This document shows positions 39,195 through 43,223 of a stretch of DNA of 43,223 nt, piece by piece. The DNA comes from Thermodesulfovibrionales bacterium (GTDB taxonomy: Bacteria > Nitrospirota > Thermodesulfovibrionia > Thermodesulfovibrionales > UBA6898). Location of the stretch: contig JBIOIY010000020.1 of the NCBI GenBank assembly GCA_044450345.1, positions 1 through 43,223 on the forward strand, given 5' to 3'. The notes beneath the pieces are model-generated. The model made no database searches. It was not told where the DNA came from and saw only the letters and a program-made list of their open reading frames with translations. A program made the position numbers and the translations under genes. Within the stretch, counting starts at the first letter, position 1, and each line of letters starts with the position of its first letter.

Positions 39195-40382
39195 ATGCGC
39201 GATAAAATCAGAACGGGCCTGGACTTGATCACAAGGGGCTGGCCCAAACAACTCAATGGCGCCAGGATAGGGCTATTGGCACACCCGGCTTCAGTAAACC
39301 GAAATCTTCAGCATGCGACGTCTATCGGCCTCAAATCCGGAAAATTCAACCTCCGGGCGCTTTTTGGCCCTCAGCACGGATTTAGAGGCGAAACGCAGGA
39401 CAATATGATTGAATGGGAAGGCTATCGTGACGATTCTACCAGACTACCGGTTTATAGCCTTTATGGGGATGCCCGCCAACCATCACCTGAAATGCTTCGC
39501 GATATTGACGTAATGGTCATTGACTTGCAGGATGTCGGTTCGAGATATTACACATTTATATGGACGATGGCGCTGGTCATGAAGTCCTGTCGGGATGCGG
39601 GGAAGCCGGTCGTAGTTCTGGACAGGCCTAACCCTATCGGCGGCAGGCTGACCGAAGGTCCTGTTGTCGATAATAAGTACCGGTCCTTTGTGGGGTTGTA
39701 TCCGATCCCTGTACGGCACGGGATGACTATAGGCGAAATAGCACTATGCGTCAAGCCTTATACCCCGGGACTTGAGCTCGGTGTCATCTCCATGAAGGGA
39801 TGGAAGCGGCGAATGTGGTTTGAAGACACAGGGCTTCCCTGGGTTTTGCCTTCTCCCAATATGCCTACCGTTGAGACAGCCGCGGTCTATCCGGGGATGT
39901 GTCTTCTTGAGGGCACGAATTTGAGTGAAGGACGCGGGACCACGCGACCTTTTGAGATCTTTGGGGCCCCCTTTATTGACCCCGACGCCCTGATAAGGAG
40001 GCTATCCGAGTTCAGGCTGCCGGGCGTTACATTCCGGCCTCTGTCCTTTCTGCCGACTTTCCAGAAGCACGCCGGCACGGTCTGTGGCGGTGCACAGATA
40101 CACGTTACTGAAAAAGAGAGGTTCCGGCCCTTCAAGACCGGGATTGCCATCATAAAGGCTACATTTGAGCTCTACGGGAAAGACTTTTCATGGAAAAGAC
40201 CTCCTTATGAATATGAAGAAAAGCTTTTGCCGTTTGATATCCTCGCCGGTACCGACAGAGTGAGGAACGACATTGAAGATGGGTTAGATCTTAAAGAGAT
40301 GGAAACATGGTGGGACGGAGAATTGAGGGCATTTAATAAGGGGGCTAGGAAAAGTTGTCTCTTGTATCATGAAAGAGATTAA
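39195..40382 (+). CDS. Exo-beta-N-acetylmuramidase NamZ-like (DUF1343)
   Basis: FGPQHG, SLYG, DLQDVGSRYYT, LDRPNPIGG, HGMTIGE, PSPNMP and SEGRGT. Confidence 0.9.
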   Translation: MRDKIRTGLDLITRGWPKQLNGARIGLLAHPASVNRNLQHATSIGLKSGKFNLRALFGPQHGFRGETQDNMIEWEGYRDDSTRLPVYSLYGDARQPSPEMLRDIDVMVIDLQDVGSRYYTFIWTMALVMKSCRDAGKPVVVLDRPNPIGGRLTEGPVVDNKYRSFVGLYPIPVRHGMTIGEIALCVKPYTPGLELGVISMKGWKRRMWFEDTGLPWVLPSPNMPTVETAAVYPGMCLLEGTNLSEGRGTTRPFEIFGAPFIDPDALIRRLSEFRLPGVTFRPLSFLPTFQKHAGTVCGGAQIHVTEKERFRPFKTGIAIIKATFELYGKDFSWKRPPYEYEEKLLPFDILAGTDRVRNDIEDGLDLKEMETWWDGELRAFNKGARKSCLLYHERD

Positions 40383-42324
40383 GGCATTTATCTTAGCCGC
40401 GGGATTTGGGGAAAGGCTCAGACCTCTCACGAATCACCTTCCCAAACCGCTTATTCCGATCCTCGGAAAGCCGGTGATTGAAAGGCTCGTGGAGAGGGTA
40501 CTGACAGCCCCGATTGCGCATGTTGGAGTGAATGCGCACTATAAAGCGGAAATGCTGAGCCAGTGGACTGAGACATCGGCCTATGCGGACATAATTGAAC
40601 TCTTTTACGAAAACAAGATTCTCGGGACGGGGGGGGCTTTAAAGAATGCGGAGTCCTTTCTCAGGGGGACTCCCTTTATCGTCCATAATTCCGATATTTT
40701 TTCCAACATAGGTCTGAACATCCTGATCGAAAGGCATATCTCTGAAGGTAATATCGCGACACTCGCGGTGCATAATCATCACAAATTCAATAACGTCTGG
40801 ATCGATAAAAGAGGAAGATTGCTCACTGTCGGCCATACCCAGCCCGAAAGGAAGGGCTCTCATCGGCTTGCCTTTACAGGCATTGCAGTGTATTCTCCCG
40901 AATTTCTTGATTTGCTGCCCGTCGGAATCTCGAGCGTTGTCGATGCATGGCTCAGGGCTGTCTCATCGGGCTGTAAAGTGGGGACGGTGAACTTTACGGG
41001 CTGCCGGTGGACAGACATCGGGACCCCCGAGGCTTTTTCCTCCCTCGTCTTCTCATCGCTGAAAGAGGACGGAGAGGTACTCTATATACACCCGACAATT
41101 GACTGCAACGGTGCCGATTTAGGGGGACGAACTGTTATTGAAAAGGGCTGTATCATTGGGAAAAAGGCTTCTGTCAGGAACTCGATTTTACTTCCGGGCG
41201 CAAAGATTCAGGAAGGTTCTCAAACAGAAAACGCGATAGTCGGACCGGACTATATGATACCATTGAAGGAACCACTCGCGATTCCTTCTTCTCTCCCCTC
41301 CGACTTAATTGCACGTTTTCTCAGCCATTCCTCCAGCAAGATCACGATGACCCTCATAGGCGTTGGGGGATCGGACAGGAATTACTACAGGATAAGGGAC
41401 GGCAATAAAACAGCAGTGCTTATGGAGTGCGCTAAAGATGACCCTGATTATCAAAGACATCTTATTTATACGCAGTTCTTTAAGAAATATTCTGTGCCGG
41501 TTCCGGAACTACTAGGTTCTGATACCGGAGGCCCCGCCCACCCTATCTTCAACAAGCGCGGATATGTGTACATACTATTTGAGGATCTTGGAGATCTCTC
41601 TCTTTATTCCTGGCTTAAGTGCGAAAAAGAGATCCCGCTCATCGAAGATCTCTATAAACGCATTATAGACATAATGGTCAATTTACACACGAAGGTTTCA
41701 GCCAACGTCTCGGATTGTCTTTTGCTGCAGTCGAGGGTTTTTGACGCCGAAAACCTCCGATGGGAAACAGATTACTTCATCAAGAGGTTTGTGTCCGGAC
41801 TGAGGGGAATAGAAATCCCAAACCATTCGGAGCTATATGAAGAATTTGCCAGTCTTGCAGCAAAAGTTGATTCCTTCGAAAAAGTAGTGGTGCACAGAGA
41901 TTTCCAGTCCCAGAACATTATGATCACTAAAGGTAACGTCCCCCGGATGATCGATTATCAAGGCGCGAGGATCGGACCCCCTGCTTATGACCTCGCCTCT
42001 CTTTTATGGGACCCCTATTGCAGGATGGATGGAAATAACCGTGAAAGACTGCTTGAATATTATATAACAGGGGTCAAAGATCATCTCGGCAGCGCCTTTG
42101 ATGAGGATGCCTTTCGCGCGACTCTCATCCCCTGCCGGCTTCAGCGGCATATGCAGGCGTTGGGAGCGTATGGATTTCTATCATCGGTAAAAGGCAGGTC
42201 CTATTTCCTCAGATATGTACCACAAGCTCTCAGGTACCTGAAAGAAGAAGTGGAAGGGGTAAGAAACGAGTATCCTGTTCTGTTTGAACTCGCAATGGGT
42301 CTTGATGAAAAAATTGAACATTGA
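40369..42324 (+). CDS. Sugar-phosphate nucleotidyltransferase fused to an APH-like sugar kinase (MurU-AmgK-like)
   Basis: LAAGFGERLRPLT...PKPL N-terminal domain; short beta-helix-like linker; GSDRNYYR, EDLGD, HRDFQSQN, IDYQ, YDLASLL and QRHMQALG. Confidence 0.85.
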   Translation: MKEIKAFILAAGFGERLRPLTNHLPKPLIPILGKPVIERLVERVLTAPIAHVGVNAHYKAEMLSQWTETSAYADIIELFYENKILGTGGALKNAESFLRGTPFIVHNSDIFSNIGLNILIERHISEGNIATLAVHNHHKFNNVWIDKRGRLLTVGHTQPERKGSHRLAFTGIAVYSPEFLDLLPVGISSVVDAWLRAVSSGCKVGTVNFTGCRWTDIGTPEAFSSLVFSSLKEDGEVLYIHPTIDCNGADLGGRTVIEKGCIIGKKASVRNSILLPGAKIQEGSQTENAIVGPDYMIPLKEPLAIPSSLPSDLIARFLSHSSSKITMTLIGVGGSDRNYYRIRDGNKTAVLMECAKDDPDYQRHLIYTQFFKKYSVPVPELLGSDTGGPAHPIFNKRGYVYILFEDLGDLSLYSWLKCEKEIPLIEDLYKRIIDIMVNLHTKVSANVSDCLLLQSRVFDAENLRWETDYFIKRFVSGLRGIEIPNHSELYEEFASLAAKVDSFEKVVVHRDFQSQNIMITKGNVPRMIDYQGARIGPPAYDLASLLWDPYCRMDGNNRERLLEYYITGVKDHLGSAFDEDAFRATLIPCRLQRHMQALGAYGFLSSVKGRSYFLRYVPQALRYLKEEVEGVRNEYPVLFELAMGLDEKIEH

Positions 42325-42913
42325 TTTTGACGAGGTGCAGAAGGCCATGGAAGACACGGTCAGAGACGCCTTTGATTATTTTTTGGACGTAGAGACCGGA
42401 GAAGTCCTCATCCTTTCAGAGGATATCCTCGACAGGGCGCGGTTATTGCTTTCCCGGGAATTTGACGAAGATTTGGAGGATTACGAGGAAGTCGTGTTCG
42501 ATCGGGAGATTGATATTCCAGCATGGGTGGAGGACGAGATCGAGTTGGCATTGGATATTTTTCTCAGTGGAGACAGCTACGTCAGGATCCCCGAAAGGGC
42601 CTCTCGGAGTGTATATACCGCCATGGACGAATTTATTAACAAGCTTGAAGACCCTCGGCTCAGCAGGGACCTCAGGCAGATTCTGACAGGACAGGGCTCT
42701 TTCCGTAGATTCAAGGATGCACTTGAATCGTACCCTAAGCTCCGGAAACTCTGGTATGGGTATAATGCAAAGACCGCCAAAAAAGAAATAACCGAGTGGC
42801 TTCAGTCGCTGTCCATTGAACCCACATCGCAAAGAGCATTAATAAACACCCGAAATCAATCCACTACAGAGGACCCGGAGGTCACAGAGAAAAATACAAA
42901 GATAGGACTTTAA
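42305..42913 (+). CDS. UPF0158-family protein
   Basis: YFLDVETGEV, Y..M.EFI and G.GSFRRFKD; overlaps the upstream stop. Confidence 0.8.
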   Translation: MKKLNIDFDEVQKAMEDTVRDAFDYFLDVETGEVLILSEDILDRARLLLSREFDEDLEDYEEVVFDREIDIPAWVEDEIELALDIFLSGDSYVRIPERASRSVYTAMDEFINKLEDPRLSRDLRQILTGQGSFRRFKDALESYPKLRKLWYGYNAKTAKKEITEWLQSLSIEPTSQRALINTRNQSTTEDPEVTEKNTKIGL

Positions 42914-43012
42914 ACACAGCTCACAAAAAAGTTAGTCGGCTTCAGTTAAGAATCCCTCCCTTTTTTCGCGTTCCTTGGGACATTGTGCTGACCAATTGCC
43001 ATTGTCTGGAAT

Positions 43013-43048
43013 AAAAAAAGCCCCTTCACGTCGCCGGAGGGGCCTTTT
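43013..43048. terminator. Probable bidirectional intrinsic terminator
   Basis: A7-GCCCCTTC-8 nt loop-GGAGGGGC-CTTTT between convergent genes. Confidence 0.7.
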
Positions 43049-43071
43049 GCTCAGTCGGTCACGAACCCTTA

Positions 43072-43223
43072 TTAATTGTGAGCCTTCACTTCCTGAGTCT
43101 CTTTTACCTTGCCGAGGCTGCCGATTACATCGACTATCCAGGCGAGGGAGGTGCCGAATACCGAGCCAAGCACGATGCTGGCGGCTCCACCGCAGAAGAT
43201 GCCCATGGCAATGCCCACCACAG
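43072..43223 (-). CDS. 3' end of a Gly-rich membrane protein (partial)
   Basis: Open frame VVGIAMGIFCGGAASIVLGSVFGTSLAWIVDVIGSLGKVKETQEVKAHN* followed by the terminator. Confidence 0.6.
   Translation of the reverse strand, partial: VVGIAMGIFCGGAASIVLGSVFGTSLAWIVDVIGSLGKVKETQEVKAHN

Overview
Replication-origin region of a Gram-negative bacterium. Gene content and protein styles suggest Nitrospirota (Thermodesulfovibrionia-like) or a related anaerobe; this is an inference. Left arm: hisD-hisG, a GAF/HD-GYP gene, a Sfum_1244-like gene, an acyl ligase-ACP-acyltransferase fusion, envelope-stress genes under two near-identical ECF-type promoters, zwf plus a HAD hydrolase, and a lysine-acetylation cluster (HDAC, AcuB-like CBS protein, Pat-type acetyltransferase). 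An accessory patch at about 17.7-22.1 kb holds two type II TA pairs, two Cys-rich microproteins behind a Pho-box-like promoter, an orphan Tn7-like end, two IS21-like ends and a truncated gene. Centre: gyrB-dnaN-dnaA and a probable oriC with DnaA-trios but no canonical TTATCCACA box. Instead there is a repeated TTACTGACA-like 9-mer, alongside substitutions in the DnaA recognition motif. Right arm: kdsC-pgsA-plsY-TPR-DUF4388/MshEN/GspG-like, queC, selA, a two-CW protein, selB, two perfect parS sites, and parA-parB-NTPase-namZ-murU/amgK fusion-UPF0158. I saw no rRNA, tRNA or CRISPR array. All family calls come from reading motifs by eye; no searches were run.
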